Source of the DNA: Nitrosopumilaceae archaeon
Lineage (GTDB): Archaea > Thermoproteota > Nitrososphaeria > Nitrososphaerales > Nitrosopumilaceae
Reading direction: 5' to 3'
Assembly (NCBI GenBank): GCA_965214835.1
Contig: CBDCCK010000002.1
Location: 2,240,001-2,304,000 of the forward strand
Length of the DNA stretch: 64,000 nt
Position numbers and translations under genes: made by a program. A model generated the notes under the pieces. The model was not told the DNA's origin and did not search any database. It saw only the letters and a program-made list of their open reading frames with translations. This document shows, piece after piece, positions 10,779-20,927 of this stretch (position 1 is its first letter; each line of letters opens with the position of its first letter).

Positions 10779-12296
10779 CAGTACTTCCTAGATGTACTTT
10801 TGCAGACCCGACACGGCACCTCCGCTACTTTCCGCGATCGTTTACAAACGAGTCGGCCGCATCGACAATGCACGCGACAAACAGCATCATGGTAAACCCC
10901 TTCCCTCCTGCAAATCCGTCCCACTTGGATTCCACGTCTATGAACACGGCAGTCCTCCACAGGTTGTACAGTATGACAGACATATAGAACAGCAGCAGCC
11001 TGACTGCCGGGGAGTTGCTGCACGTCTTGCCCATTATCCCCTTGATCACCCTGAACCCGGTCTCGATTCCCCACCGACTGCGGTACTCCTCCGGTATCTG
11101 CTCAATGACTGCCTCTGCACTTTTAGCAGACATGTTGGTGGCAAAGACCCTGGTACCTGTCGGCTATGGTCTCTTTTGCCTTGTCCTTCTTTGCTGCTGC
11201 CGTGCCGTCCTTTTCTACCTCGTCCTTTTCCACAATGATCAGCCTGAATGTGGCGCTCTTGCCGTCCTTGTTGGTCATTGTATATTTTGATACCGCACCG
11301 CGTTCTCCGCGGTCATGCTCCTCTATTGCCGCCACTATCCTCCTGTTCTTGACGGCAGGCATGATGTAGCTGCCCGTGCTTGTTTCTGCAGCCCTCATGC
11401 AGTCCACGTTAAAGAACCCGCGGTCATACAGGAACGTCTTGATCCTCATCCCTGATCTGGACGCCTTGCGGATCATTTTAGGCACGAAATCGGCCAGTTT
11501 TGCCTCTTTTGGAAGCTGCAGCGAGGAAAGCACGAGGTCAGACCCGTCATCTGATCCTATTCCGTGCATGGTAATATGCGAGAGAAACGTCGACGTGCCG
11601 TTCTTGGGCTTTGACTTTCTGGTGATATCCTCCAGGCCCTTGCCATAGTATTCCACGTCGGTAACGTCCACTGCCACGATGTCCGTGTTGTGCAGCATGC
11701 CTGACCTGCGGGCGCACCTTACCGTATGCTGCAGCATGGAGCTGCACCACTTTTGCGCATCATCCAGGCTGACGCCCCGGATCGCCTTTAGGATCCAGTC
11801 CGGACTAGGCGTACGGCAACTATACGCGCCGCCCTTGGAGGCAGCCCCGTCGTCATGCTGCTGCCTGCTGCATTTTGAGGCCCGCCTGCGAAGGTGCGTC
11901 ACGGCAGATTCTGCAAACATCTTCCTCTCAGACATGAAATATAGAACGCGCAGTGCGTCGATGTGGTCATACACTGCGTTGCGACTCTTTGAGACGGCCA
12001 GCCCGAGCTTGGAAAACCGCCGTCGCAATGTTTTAAACTGTCTCGATGTTATGTCAAACTGGTGTGCAAACACGTCGTTTTGTGTTGGTATCATGATGAT
12101 GGTTGGCACACCACCTGATCTATTGTATGTGGTCACGTCCCCTTGCTAGCTAGGCACGAAGATCACAATCATTCATGCTAATTCATGCCTAACTGATGAT
12201 GGTAGGTGACCTCGTACGATCTATAGTATGATGGTCAAAAAATCTCGGCAAATTGCGTAATTATCGTGCCTGCAAAAGTACATCGAGGAACTACTG
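10779..12296 (-). mobile_element. ISH3/IS4-type element copy 1, inactivated (frameshift plus nested MITE)
   Basis: TIRs CAGTACTTCCTAGATGTAC / GTACATCGAGGAACTACTG; transposase split into 11123-12136 and 10825-11133; no TSD. Confidence 0.9.
12125..12217 (+). mobile_element. MITE family B (93 bp) nested in ISH3 copy 1
   Basis: Absent from IS copies 2 and 3; 8-bp TSD gatctatt/gatctata; near-identical inverted copy at 14513. Confidence 0.9.
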
Positions 12297-12368
12297 AAGT
12301 AGGTGAAGGGGTAAACTCATACAACTTATGCTCTTCACTATAGATAGCAAGGGGACGTGACCACGTAC

Positions 12369-12659
12369 TCTTAATCCTCTCCTCATACTCCTTGATCCTC
12401 TTCTTGCCCGCGCCTTCTCCTTCCCGTACTGCTCGATCCTCTCCCACAGTCGTCGTATCAGCTCGGTCTCGGACTTTGCCATTACTCTTGTACGGGAATG
12501 GATCCCGGATCTAAATCAACCGGCTGAAAATACTTGCAGGTTTGATCAAATATTTTCAACGTTGTGAGGTACAGTCACGCGTGCACCGGCCCTGACTCGC
12601 CCCATTTGTAGTCCGTGCGCCGGGAGCATCACCGCTAATTTCGTTTATGCATAAGGTCT
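12369..12659 (-). mobile_element. left-end remnant of the IS5/ISL2-type element
   Basis: Homologous to 61163-61450; MAKSETELIRRLWERIEQY resembles the 61340 transposase N-terminus; TIR agaccttatgcata. Confidence 0.8.
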
Positions 12660-12709
12660 AAAGAAACTAGGCAGTTTTTACGTCATTTTTGGCAAATACG
12701 CATAAAGTC

Positions 12710-12868
12710 TACTGCAGTTTTTGTCGGCCAGACGTGTTCATAACTGCACGATACGAGGTTCTTGGTGGCCCAATGCATGTCATGTAGCGCTGCCGGCCTT
12801 GCATGCACGGCCAAAGTGATGTCGGAATTTTTTGATCCCGGCGATCCGGTCGATTACGCATAAGGCCT
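12710..12868 (+). mobile_element. right-end remnant of the IS5/ISL2-type element
   Basis: ...cgatccggtcgattacgcataaggcct matches 62855-62880. Confidence 0.7.
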
Positions 12869-12897
12869 ATATTTCACCTAGCGGATCAAGAGATCAC

Positions 12898-13790
12898 ATG
12901 ATGCACAAGACTGGCTCGGTGATGTGGCCCCACCTCTTCTATGTCGGCCCCGGAAAAACGGGATCGACTACGATGTACCACATCCTGAGTGGGATCCGTG
13001 GAATGTATGTTCCTCCCGTTAAGGGGTTGAATTACTTTTTGCGAGACATTACCAAGAAGGAATACTTTTCGTTTTACAAAGGCGTCAAAGACGAGAAGAT
13101 AATTGCCCACTCCTCGCAATGCTACTTTAGCAGTGCCGCGTGCCGGCGGATCCGCGCAGTCAGGCCTGACGCAAAGATCTTGATCACCCTGCGGGATCCC
13201 GTCGAGCAGTTGTTTTCGAGGTTCCTGCTTGAAACCATGACGACAAAGCTGATAAAAAACATCCACACCTTTACACAGTCAGTTGATCGCTTCACCAGCG
13301 ACGACTATGGCGCCCTGTGCCGCAACGACGTCGACAATGACCGCGATCTGCTGGATATCAAAAAGTCAAACAAGTACTATTACTCCGAGCCGCTGTCCGT
13401 GTGGATTTCTACCTTTGGGAGGCACAACGTCAAGGTGATACTCCTCGAGGATCTGGTCGAAAACCCGAGGGATACGGTGGCCGGTCTGCTGGACTTTGTG
13501 GGGGGGGGTGTACTGCCGACCTTGACTCGTTTGCACTCGAGGTCCACAACCCATTCCACATACGCTCCCATGCGCTGTCCAAAATCATAGATTGCATACC
13601 GCTGTCATACCAGAAACGCATCCCATCTGGCATCAGGGGGTTTGCCACCAAAAAAATCTTGAGAAGGGCGGTGGAAAAACCGCAGATGAACCCGTCTGAC
13701 AGGCGCAGGCTGCAGGACTTTCTCCGGGATGATGTCTCTGAGACAGAAAGGATACTGGGACGCAGGCTTCCTTGGAAGAACTTCCGGTAG
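12898..13790 (+). pseudogene. sulfotransferase, frameshifted at a G9 tract
   Basis: GPGKTGST (5'PSB), LRDPVEQLFS (3'PB); C-terminus LQDFLRDDVSETERILGRRLPW lies in another frame after G-run 13500-13508. Confidence 0.8.
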
Positions 13791-13829
13791 TGCAGGGCGC
13801 CTGTGGACTGCCTTAAAGCACCACCCGAC

Positions 13830-14465
13830 TCATCTCACATGGACAAGATCCTTCAGGTTTCGCCTAGGCTTGGGGTACTTTTGCCTCTCCGGGTATCCTA
13901 TGCACAGCACAGATGACGGGACCAGATCCGTCCCGATCACGTCCATCACCTTTTGCTCGTCTAGCATGCCTATCCAAATGGAGCTTAGCCCCAGCGCCTG
14001 CGCTGCCAGCTGCGAATATCCAGCTGCCAGTGTCGCGTCCTGGATTGCGAATTTCTTCAGGATATACTCCGGAAAGTCGAACTTGACCCGTCTGGGATTC
14101 TTGCAGAACACCAGGACAATCGGGGCATTGACATATTTTTGATTGTTGCATGCCCCTATCAGCCGCTCCTTCTTTTTTGGATCCTTGACGTAAAAAATCT
14201 CGAATCCCTGAAAGTTTCCCGCAGTCGGCGCGGTGTCTGCAGCTGCAATTATCTTGTCCACCTTCGAGGCCTCCACCGGCCTGTCCTTGAACTTCCTGGT
14301 GGAGCGTCTTTTTCCCATCACTGCAAAAATGTCGGTGTCTGTGACCTCCGTTGGCGCCGATTTTAGGATGGCATCCAGCAGCTGGTTTCTGACCCCCGGA
14401 TCACTTTTGATCTTTTGTGCCGGCTCGTATCCTAGCGGATAGATTTCCCCCTGTCCGTCCTCCAC
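13830..14465 (-). CDS. nitroreductase family protein
   Basis: RRSTRKF, APTAGNFQ, AQALGLSSIWIG, CIGYP. Confidence 0.9.
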   Translation of the reverse strand: MEDGQGEIYPLGYEPAQKIKSDPGVRNQLLDAILKSAPTEVTDTDIFAVMGKRRSTRKFKDRPVEASKVDKIIAAADTAPTAGNFQGFEIFYVKDPKKKERLIGACNNQKYVNAPIVLVFCKNPRRVKFDFPEYILKKFAIQDATLAAGYSQLAAQALGLSSIWIGMLDEQKVMDVIGTDLVPSSVLCIGYPERQKYPKPRRNLKDLVHVR

Positions 14466-14512
14466 GCCTTTGGTGGCGTCCCGTCTGATTTAACCATTTT
14501 AGGCAGGCCTGG

Positions 14513-14605
14513 GTACGAGGTCACCTATCATCATCAGTTAGGCATGAATTAGCATGAATGATTGTGATCTTCGTGCCTAGCTAACAAGGGGACGTGACCA
14601 CATAC
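14513..14605 (-). mobile_element. MITE family B (93 bp), copy 2
   Basis: Perfect 8-bp TSD aggcctgg; ends GTACGAGGTCAC / GTGACCACATAC. Confidence 0.9.
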
Positions 14606-14657
14606 AGGCCTGGCCGTTCATCCCAACTTTGAAATACCATTTCCTTTCAGGTGAGTC

Positions 14658-14894
14658 ATGACCGTCGGCTATGTATTGATCAACTGCGAGCTGGGCGCAG
14701 AGGAGGGCCTGATCGAGAAGATCAAAGAGATTCAGAGCGTAAAGGATGTCTTTGGGACGTTTGGCGCACATGACATCATGGTCAAGGTGGAAGCCGATCA
14801 CCTGGAAAAGCTCCGCGAGGTCATAACCTGGGAGATTCAAAAGCTGGACAAAATCCGCTCAACGGTCTCCCTTGTAAAAAAGGACGTTCAATGA
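14658..14894 (+). CDS. Lrp/AsnC ligand-binding domain protein
   Basis: YVLINCELG, GTFGAHDIMVKVEA, IRSTVSL. Confidence 0.9.
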   Translation: MTVGYVLINCELGAEEGLIEKIKEIQSVKDVFGTFGAHDIMVKVEADHLEKLREVITWEIQKLDKIRSTVSLVKKDVQ

Positions 14895-15045
14895 TCCGGG
14901 AACAGCCGCCTGGTTTGTATCCTGTCCGGTTTTTGTGCCGTGTATTGCCATTTGCCAGGACGCAGCTGTGATGTTTAAGGCCTCGGGGTAATTGAGCAGA
15001 GTCAGATCCCGTGGAGGCCACAGGGACTGTACAAGTCCGTTGAAT

Positions 15046-15402
15046 CTAACCTTCGGGCTTTTCTGGCCCGTCTGTGCCCTCAGAGCCCTTGTTGTCCCCT
15101 CCCGGCCCCACCATGTCCCCTGGCCTTACCTTCTGATCCCATCCTCCCTTTATTCCCTTGATCAGGGAAATCACCCCTGCAATGATCAGTCCGATTACCA
15201 GCGCAAAAAACAGCGCCTTGTCAAATAACTCGGATTCACAACTGGTCTTTTGCGGAGGCCTGTCCTCAAAGTACTCATAACAGTCGCCAAACTCCTGTGA
15301 CTCGACTGTTGCAGAGTTATACTGGGAGCCAAATGCCCCTAGAACCAAAAACCCCGCAAAGATCAGGGCCACCCCGAGCAGCGTGAATCTGGTATCACTC
15401 AT
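15046..15402 (-). CDS. membrane protein (2 TM)
   Basis: Two hydrophobic helices; WDQKVRPGDMVGPG tail. Confidence 0.75.
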   Translation of the reverse strand: MSDTRFTLLGVALIFAGFLVLGAFGSQYNSATVESQEFGDCYEYFEDRPPQKTSCESELFDKALFFALVIGLIIAGVISLIKGIKGGWDQKVRPGDMVGPGGDNKGSEGTDGPEKPEG

Positions 15403-15426
15403 GTCTCTGGTTTCAAATTACCGTAT

Positions 15427-15891
15427 TTACCTTTTGATTTTCTTTTTCTCCAGAATCACCCTGAGGTTATCCAGCGAACCCTCGTAGAACGCCCCCATAA
15501 ACGCCAAAAACCCTGTAAACTCCCCCTTGGTCATTTTCTTGCTGTTAAGATATGACTGCCAGGTAATCTTTGTCGAACCCCTGGATTTTTTCTCCAGCGA
15601 GATCGTTGCCACGTACGCCCTTAGGGGCAGTCCTGATACTGCGATATACGAAAATGACTCCCCGCTGTCCCATGCCACTATGTGCTCCTCGATCCTGTTT
15701 CCGTCATCAAACGTCAGATCCCTTACTGCGCCAATGCCGCGCCTGACCCCGGCCTTGAGCCTGCAGCTTTTCACACCGATTACCCACCCAGGCAGTCCCG
15801 CGATGTTGCTGACCTCACGCCAGACCCTGTCTTTTGGCGTTTTTATGACTGTTGATTTTTTTACGTGGCCAGAATGAAACGATTTTTGCAT
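15427..15891 (-). CDS. SRPBCC/polyketide cyclase family protein
   Basis: VW..VSNIAGLPGW, GIGAVRDLTF, IEEHIVAWD, SFSY. Confidence 0.8.
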   Translation of the reverse strand: MQKSFHSGHVKKSTVIKTPKDRVWREVSNIAGLPGWVIGVKSCRLKAGVRRGIGAVRDLTFDDGNRIEEHIVAWDSGESFSYIAVSGLPLRAYVATISLEKKSRGSTKITWQSYLNSKKMTKGEFTGFLAFMGAFYEGSLDNLRVILEKKKIKR

Positions 15892-15939
15892 AAAAATTCC
15901 AGATTTTTAACAAGTTTTAAGTTTTACAAACACCGGTTC

Positions 15940-16030
15940 GTATGGGGCCACCTGCCCTTGGCCGGCCATGCACGAATTGCGTGCGGCTGTGATTTTCATG
16001 CCTGTCCCGTAAGGAGACGTGGCCTCATAC
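15940..16030. mobile_element. diverged MITE B-like element
   Basis: GTATGGGGCCACCT...ACGTGGCCTCATAC ends and tgtgattttcatgcct core. Confidence 0.6.
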
Positions 16031-16263
16031 AAATTCTTGAATCTGTGAACCAATCTTGTGCATGGCAAGTGCGGTCTTTGTAGGTTTTAGCCTGCAGGAT
16101 CTGGAAAGGCAGTATGCAATTTCATCGGAGATCATGCTTCACAGCAGCAAGTCTGGCAGACAGAGAGCAAATCCCAGGTGCTTTGAGCATGGCAACAGCT
16201 GGATTTGCCATGCCATGGAAGTCGACGAAAAAACCCGGGATGCTGAAATGGCGTACTTGCAGC

Positions 16264-16392
16264 GGGGTTGTTGCCTAATTCCACTTGTTTGACCCAATCT
16301 GCACGTTTTTCTGAATTTCCGCCCTTTTGCACGCCTGATCATATGGCATCTCAACGGTTTTCATGAATTTCAATGAATTAGGCAACAACCCC
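16264..16392 (-). mobile_element. MITE family A copy 2
   Basis: 129 bp, inverted homolog of 5468-5596. Confidence 0.85.
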
Positions 16393-16493
16393 AGTATTAC
16401 AGGACGGTGTCGTTTGCCCACCTTTGCATGTACAAGTACATTTACAGATCGCCGGTCAAAGCCCTCAATCACTTGTGACCGTTGCTATAAAAG

Positions 16494-16763
16494 CTATGGC
16501 GCGGTTTCAGTGACGATTACCTGGACCCCGATGTCCGGACAGCCAAGTGATTTGTACTGATCTACCAATGTGTTCCAGCGGTGGTCATAGGCAATGTTGT
16601 CACCTGGCCAGGGCTCAAATACCATGGCGTTAAGCTCGGCTATCAGGCTGAAGCAGTGCTCTATCTGGATTGACTGGTAGCCGATTATGACTGCCATTGC
16701 AACCATGGCCGCTGCGACTCCGGCTGTCATTATACGCGCCTTGCTTCGCCCGCCAAGCTCCAT
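16494..16763 (-). CDS. small membrane-anchored hypothetical protein
   Basis: N-terminal TM helix, 89 aa. Confidence 0.45.
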   Translation of the reverse strand: MELGGRSKARIMTAGVAAAMVAMAVIIGYQSIQIEHCFSLIAELNAMVFEPWPGDNIAYDHRWNTLVDQYKSLGCPDIGVQVIVTETAP

Positions 16764-17126
16764 GACGGCTCGTCAGTGACCAGCCCTAATTTTTGCTCCG
16801 GTTTCAGGCTGCAGTCATGGTGCAGGGAATGCAGGAAGTCATAGCGGCGTAATACGATGCAGGTATCGTTGATGGTTGGATTAGCATCTGAAACGGGTGT
16901 TGACGGGTACAGAAAACCAGCACATCCAGTCTTTGACCTGCGTGGATCCGTGCTTGGGAATACGCCGGTAGGTCCCGGGGTTTTTTTGCAGGTTTCTGAG
17001 GCATGCTGAATTCGGTCGCTGTCACGTTCAAGATGACACAAACTATCTGGCATGCCCATCCGGCTTGGCCACTGACAGGCGGGGATGAAGGCAGATCCGA
17101 CATGTGGCTCTGAGCTGCGTGCTGTA

Positions 17127-18537
17127 GTCAACTCATAAAAAAATAGATAGTTTTGACAATTGCTTTTGGCCCAAGGGTCTGGGATCAGGCAAACCGTACG
17201 CACATGCATGGAAAAACAGACAGAATTCGCGACATCAGGGAGGCAGATTTCTGCCAGGCAAGGCACCCATGCCTTTGCAGGGCGTACCAGACCGGCAAAA
17301 TGGAACGCGGCAGTCCGCCGTTGCGGTCAACTGAAAAGCGACTGGATGATGACTGCAGGGAACGTGCCGGCAAAATGGAACGCTGCAGTCCGCTACTGCG
17401 GTCAGCCCATCAGGTATTGGAACATCTTTACCGGAAGGATCTCACGCTTGGCAAACAGCTTCCGCACTGAACGCTCCATGTCATCAAGAGTATTGAATAT
17501 CCGGGCAGACAGCCTTCGCTTTATCTCCCTGTACCGTATCTCGACGGGGTTGAGCTCCGGCGTGTACGGCAGTGTGTACTCTAGCAGTATTTCACCGTCG
17601 TACTTTTCCAGCGTCTTTTTTACGCCGCCGGACTTGTGGTATGACGCATTGTACAGGAATATCAACACCTTGCCGTATCTTTCGTGCACCCTTTCTAAAA
17701 AGTCGCAAAAGCTGCCGGTGTTGGTCTTCTCATAGAACATAAAGTGGAATATGCCTGCTGCCAGCACGCCGAATATGTACCTGCGCTGCCGTGACAGGGA
17801 CGAGGGCGTCGTGAGGCGCCTGCCGCGCTTTGCCCACCCACGTTTGGGGCTGTTTGAGGTCTTTTGGATGGAGGACTCGTCCTCTGCCAGCACCGTATAC
17901 CCTTGTGCCGTCTTTTCCCTGATCAGCTTCTGTGCTGCCTCCTTGAACTCGTTTTGCTTGCGCTTTGAGGCGGCCTTTGGGTTCTTTGACCTTGATTTCC
18001 TCCAAGCGAACCCAAGCTCGTGTGCCAGCAGCCGCGTGCCGCTACTGCTGTACTGTATACCGAACTTTTTCTTGATGTGCCGCCTTATCAGGCGCAAGTC
18101 CCACAGGCTGCTCTCAAAGCCGCAGTCCCCGGGATCCGACTTGAGATCCGCGTCAAGCTGGCTCAGCTGCGACTCGCTCAGCTTGTGCTTGCGTCCCCTG
18201 CCTGCGCGCTCGTGTCTTGCGCGTATTCCCTCGTCCTGTGCGCGGTTGAGCCACCTGGATATGGTGGAAGCTGCCCGGTCGAGGTTCTTTGCTATCTGTT
18301 CCGTACCAAGGCCGTCCTTGCGCTGCATGTATGCAAGCAGCCCGTCGCGTTCCCTCTTGTCAGCTGCCCTCTTGTACGCCTCGTGCAGGTAGGAGCGACT
18401 CGTGTTTGGCAGGAACTCGTCTCCCGATGCCACGGATTCCTTTCTCTTTCTGTTCATGTACATTCGTATGCCTTGCCTGGTCTTAACCTTTGGATTAAAA
18501 ATAGTTGCCAAAGTTGTCCATTTTTTTATGTGTTGAC
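17127..18537 (-). mobile_element. IS630-family element
   Basis: Imperfect TIRs of about 50 bp (GTCAACTCATAAAAAAAT / ATTTTTTTATGTGTTGAC), TA on both flanks. Confidence 0.85.
17402..18463 (-). CDS. IS630 transposase (second catalytic Asp replaced by Tyr)
   Basis: HTH, winged HTH, EDESS, FLYNASYH (normally DNA), YTPELNPVE. Confidence 0.88.
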   Translation of the reverse strand: MYMNRKRKESVASGDEFLPNTSRSYLHEAYKRAADKRERDGLLAYMQRKDGLGTEQIAKNLDRAASTISRWLNRAQDEGIRARHERAGRGRKHKLSESQLSQLDADLKSDPGDCGFESSLWDLRLIRRHIKKKFGIQYSSSGTRLLAHELGFAWRKSRSKNPKAASKRKQNEFKEAAQKLIREKTAQGYTVLAEDESSIQKTSNSPKRGWAKRGRRLTTPSSLSRQRRYIFGVLAAGIFHFMFYEKTNTGSFCDFLERVHERYGKVLIFLYNASYHKSGGVKKTLEKYDGEILLEYTLPYTPELNPVEIRYREIKRRLSARIFNTLDDMERSVRKLFAKREILPVKMFQYLMG

Positions 18538-18552
18538 TATATATGTAAAACC

Positions 18553-18598
18553 GGGGTTGTCGCCTAATTCCATTTATCTGGCCCAACCTGCACATTTT
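18553..18598 (-). mobile_element. truncated MITE A end
   Basis: ggggttgtcgcctaattccatttatctggcccaacctgcac. Confidence 0.7.
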
Positions 18599-18660
18599 GT
18601 AGCAGGCCGGGTTCTAGAAGTCGTTCCTGATTCCAGGCGTGAATCTGCCTGATCGGGTTC
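18599..18660 (-). mobile_element. IS66 right-end-like remnant
   Basis: Reverse complement aligns to 60388-60448. Confidence 0.6.
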
Positions 18661-18800
18661 AGCTGATTCGAAACCAGCAGACTCCGACTATTTGTGAGCG
18701 AATCTGCATAATGCGGCTCAGAATACCGGCAAAACACAGGTTACCTGCAAAATCGCCTGAAAGATTCGCATGGCTTCTGATTTCGGATCACCTCTCAGGA

Positions 18801-19148
18801 TTATGGCAGACTGGATTTAAACGTAGCATAGTTATTTTTTGCAGTGTTTAGCCACGAGGGATTGATTTTCCTCCCATTGACATACCTTGATTTTATGCTC
18901 AGATCATAGAGTTTTTTATAGGATCTGTATGATGATGGTGGAAGATTTTCTCTTACAAATTTGCTTCGCTCATGATGATTGGGCAGCTGTCCTGCCTGAT
19001 TTCTGGCATAATATGCATCCACTAGATGCAATGCAGAATAAAACAAACTTGTGATTTCCCAATCGACATAAACAGGCGTTTTCGTATTAAGAAAATCCGA
19101 CGCTTCTTTATTGTGAGTGCTTTGCACTGCGTGCCAGTTTAGGGGCAT
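18801..19148 (-). CDS. HEPN-like protein (putative toxin)
   Basis: H..QS.HN...L...DWEITSLFYSALH...NHHER...LYDLSIKSRY. Confidence 0.65.
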   Translation of the reverse strand: MPLNWHAVQSTHNKEASDFLNTKTPVYVDWEITSLFYSALHLVDAYYARNQAGQLPNHHERSKFVRENLPPSSYRSYKKLYDLSIKSRYVNGRKINPSWLNTAKNNYATFKSSLP

Positions 19149-19543
19149 GCTCGGGGTTTTTGCAGTATGGTCTTTGCGCCGTGCAAATGCCTCTCTTCTA
19201 ATTCCGAGCCATGTAGGATCCAGGGCTCAAACTCGTATTTTGGCAGAACGTTTTCTAATCTGATCAGCTCTTCCTCTATCTGATCAAACATGCCTTCATG
19301 ATCCTGACTATCATACACTATTATCAAAATCAGCTTGTTACCGCTCTGCCTGTATGAGATCGTCCTGACAGGCTCAATTTTACTGAACAGCTCGCAGATC
19401 AGCCTCTTTATTACCTCGATTTCTGGCGATGTGTTCTTTTTTGTAGATTCAAACCTGTCTTGAATATCATGTGATTGGACTGCATTCATAAAGCGTAATC
19501 TTCGATCAACGATAAATTCTACGAATTTTTCAAGTATTGGCAT
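19139..19543 (-). CDS. hypothetical protein, possibly degenerate MNT-like antitoxin
   Basis: Overlaps the HEPN-like gene start; alpha/beta pattern but no GS...D.D motif. Confidence 0.5.
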   Translation of the reverse strand: MPILEKFVEFIVDRRLRFMNAVQSHDIQDRFESTKKNTSPEIEVIKRLICELFSKIEPVRTISYRQSGNKLILIIVYDSQDHEGMFDQIEEELIRLENVLPKYEFEPWILHGSELEERHLHGAKTILQKPRACP

Positions 19544-19845
19544 ATTTTCTGCAACTGTCTGTCGAATATTTTTTTAACTTCGTATTCCTGATCTGCCGTA
19601 ATGTTGGTTTCAGGATATGCCTGTCCAAGCCACGGTTTGGGTATTCGTGGCGTGCCATATGCCTTGGCGTAGTCCGTTGCGCCTGTCATGGAATCCGGAG
19701 AAAGGTCTGCCACGGCCACTCGGAAAGCCATATGTGCACGTTTTGGAATACGTCGTCTTGTTTGTGTCGTTGCTTTTGATTTGAATCCCTGTTCTAGCTT
19801 GCCTTCACTACTCGTTCTTATCACCTTGCAGTTTGTTGTACACAT
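19519..19845 (-). CDS. hypothetical protein
   Basis: Overlaps both neighbours in an operon; start uncertain. Confidence 0.45.
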   Translation of the reverse strand: MCTTNCKVIRTSSEGKLEQGFKSKATTQTRRRIPKRAHMAFRVAVADLSPDSMTGATDYAKAYGTPRIPKPWLGQAYPETNITADQEYEVKKIFDRQLQKICQYLKNS

Positions 19846-20602
19846 AAGACGAAACTGTAAATGCTATCAACACTTTCATAATTTTAATTCTTGATTCTAG
19901 GGGCGCATCCATCATTTCGGAGAATTCATTCTCCCATTTTTTAAATGCTGGACTGCCTGCTAACTTGAGGTATGCAGAGCTAGGATCATCCATTACTGCA
20001 AGAATTGATTCATTTCTGCCCCTGTTGGAGTGATAGATTGCCATCGCCAAGCGATATATCAAAGTCCCTCCGTCCATCTTTCTCTCTCTGAGCACCTCTC
20101 TTGCAGCCGATACTATCGTCTGGTTTTTATCAACTTCCTCTAGGACCCCTATGGTGCTTAGTAGTTCTCGGGAATTTTTTAGTGCACTCTGTTGATTAAA
20201 TGCCGCATCGACTTTTTCATTTGTTAAGAAAAGACTCAGACTTTTCCTTGCATCGTTGATCCAAGATTCAAAGTCAACAAAAATACTCATCTTTGAGAGT
20301 ACTTTCATCGCAACGATCATGTCGTAGCTCCATTGGGTTAAACAACCATCAGAGTTGTTAAGAAAAAATACCAGATCGTCGTTTTGTCCCGTACTTTTTA
20401 TGAATTCATAAACATGTCTGTTCACTTTAATTTCAACTACACTGTCTTCCTGACTGTCATCTGGTATCATTTTGACATTCAAGAATGGAAATGTGGGAGT
20501 TGAGGTATTTTTTAAAAATAGATCATTGGCTGACTCGCTTGCCGACACTCCTGCCGCACCAAGCTGTAAAGAAAGCATTCCGGGAAGCTTTTCAACTGCC
20601 AT
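19808..20602 (-). CDS. hypothetical protein (264 aa)
   Basis: Long AT-rich ORF with purine-rich RBS-like gaagggag upstream. Confidence 0.7.
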   Translation of the reverse strand: MAVEKLPGMLSLQLGAAGVSASESANDLFLKNTSTPTFPFLNVKMIPDDSQEDSVVEIKVNRHVYEFIKSTGQNDDLVFFLNNSDGCLTQWSYDMIVAMKVLSKMSIFVDFESWINDARKSLSLFLTNEKVDAAFNQQSALKNSRELLSTIGVLEEVDKNQTIVSAAREVLRERKMDGGTLIYRLAMAIYHSNRGRNESILAVMDDPSSAYLKLAGSPAFKKWENEFSEMMDAPLESRIKIMKVLIAFTVSSYVYNKLQGDKNE

Positions 20603-20649
20603 TAATTATACTCCCTTCAGGGACTAATAAACATAGATTCTTAGGCGGG

Positions 20650-20770
20650 CAGTCTTCCCAAACGTAACCGACTCGTGGAGGTGCAGGAAGCGACATGCGG
20701 ATCTGCAGGCATCCTTATTTGAATTGTTTCGAGCCGGGGATAATTTGACGTGGTACTTCTGGGAAGACTG
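20650..20770 (+). mobile_element. MITE family E (about 121 bp, ISH3-like ends) copy 1
   Basis: CAGTCTTCCCA...TGGGAAGACTG; homologs at 22942, 28744, 63962. Confidence 0.8.
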
Positions 20771-20826
20771 TTTCAGGCATGAAATCGTGCAGTTGTACTC
20801 CTCTACCGCCAGCGGATGTCCTCGAT

Positions 20827-20903
20827 GTATGGGGTCACCTGCCCCTGCCAATCAGGCATGGATTGGCATGTATGATTGTGATCTTCGTGCCTAGCCGGCA
20901 TAC
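20827..20903. mobile_element. MITE B-like element, internally deleted
   Basis: gtatggggtcacct...aggcatggattggcatgtatgattgtgatcttcgtgcctag. Confidence 0.6.
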
Positions 20904-20927
20904 TCCAAGTCAGAATGCCACGAGCCG

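Noticed and set aside
16730-17266. ORFs 16730-17266 and 16804-17103
   Set aside because: No motifs, atypical composition, and one starts within the IS630 end.
17292-17404. CRISPR mini-array (38-bp repeat, 37-bp spacer)
   Set aside because: Only two imperfect units, inside an IS630, similarity extends into the spacer (tgcaggg), and no cas genes are present.
18464-18595. N-terminal 44 aa of the IS630 ORF
   Set aside because: Reads through the TIR and a MITE end, outside the element's coding region.
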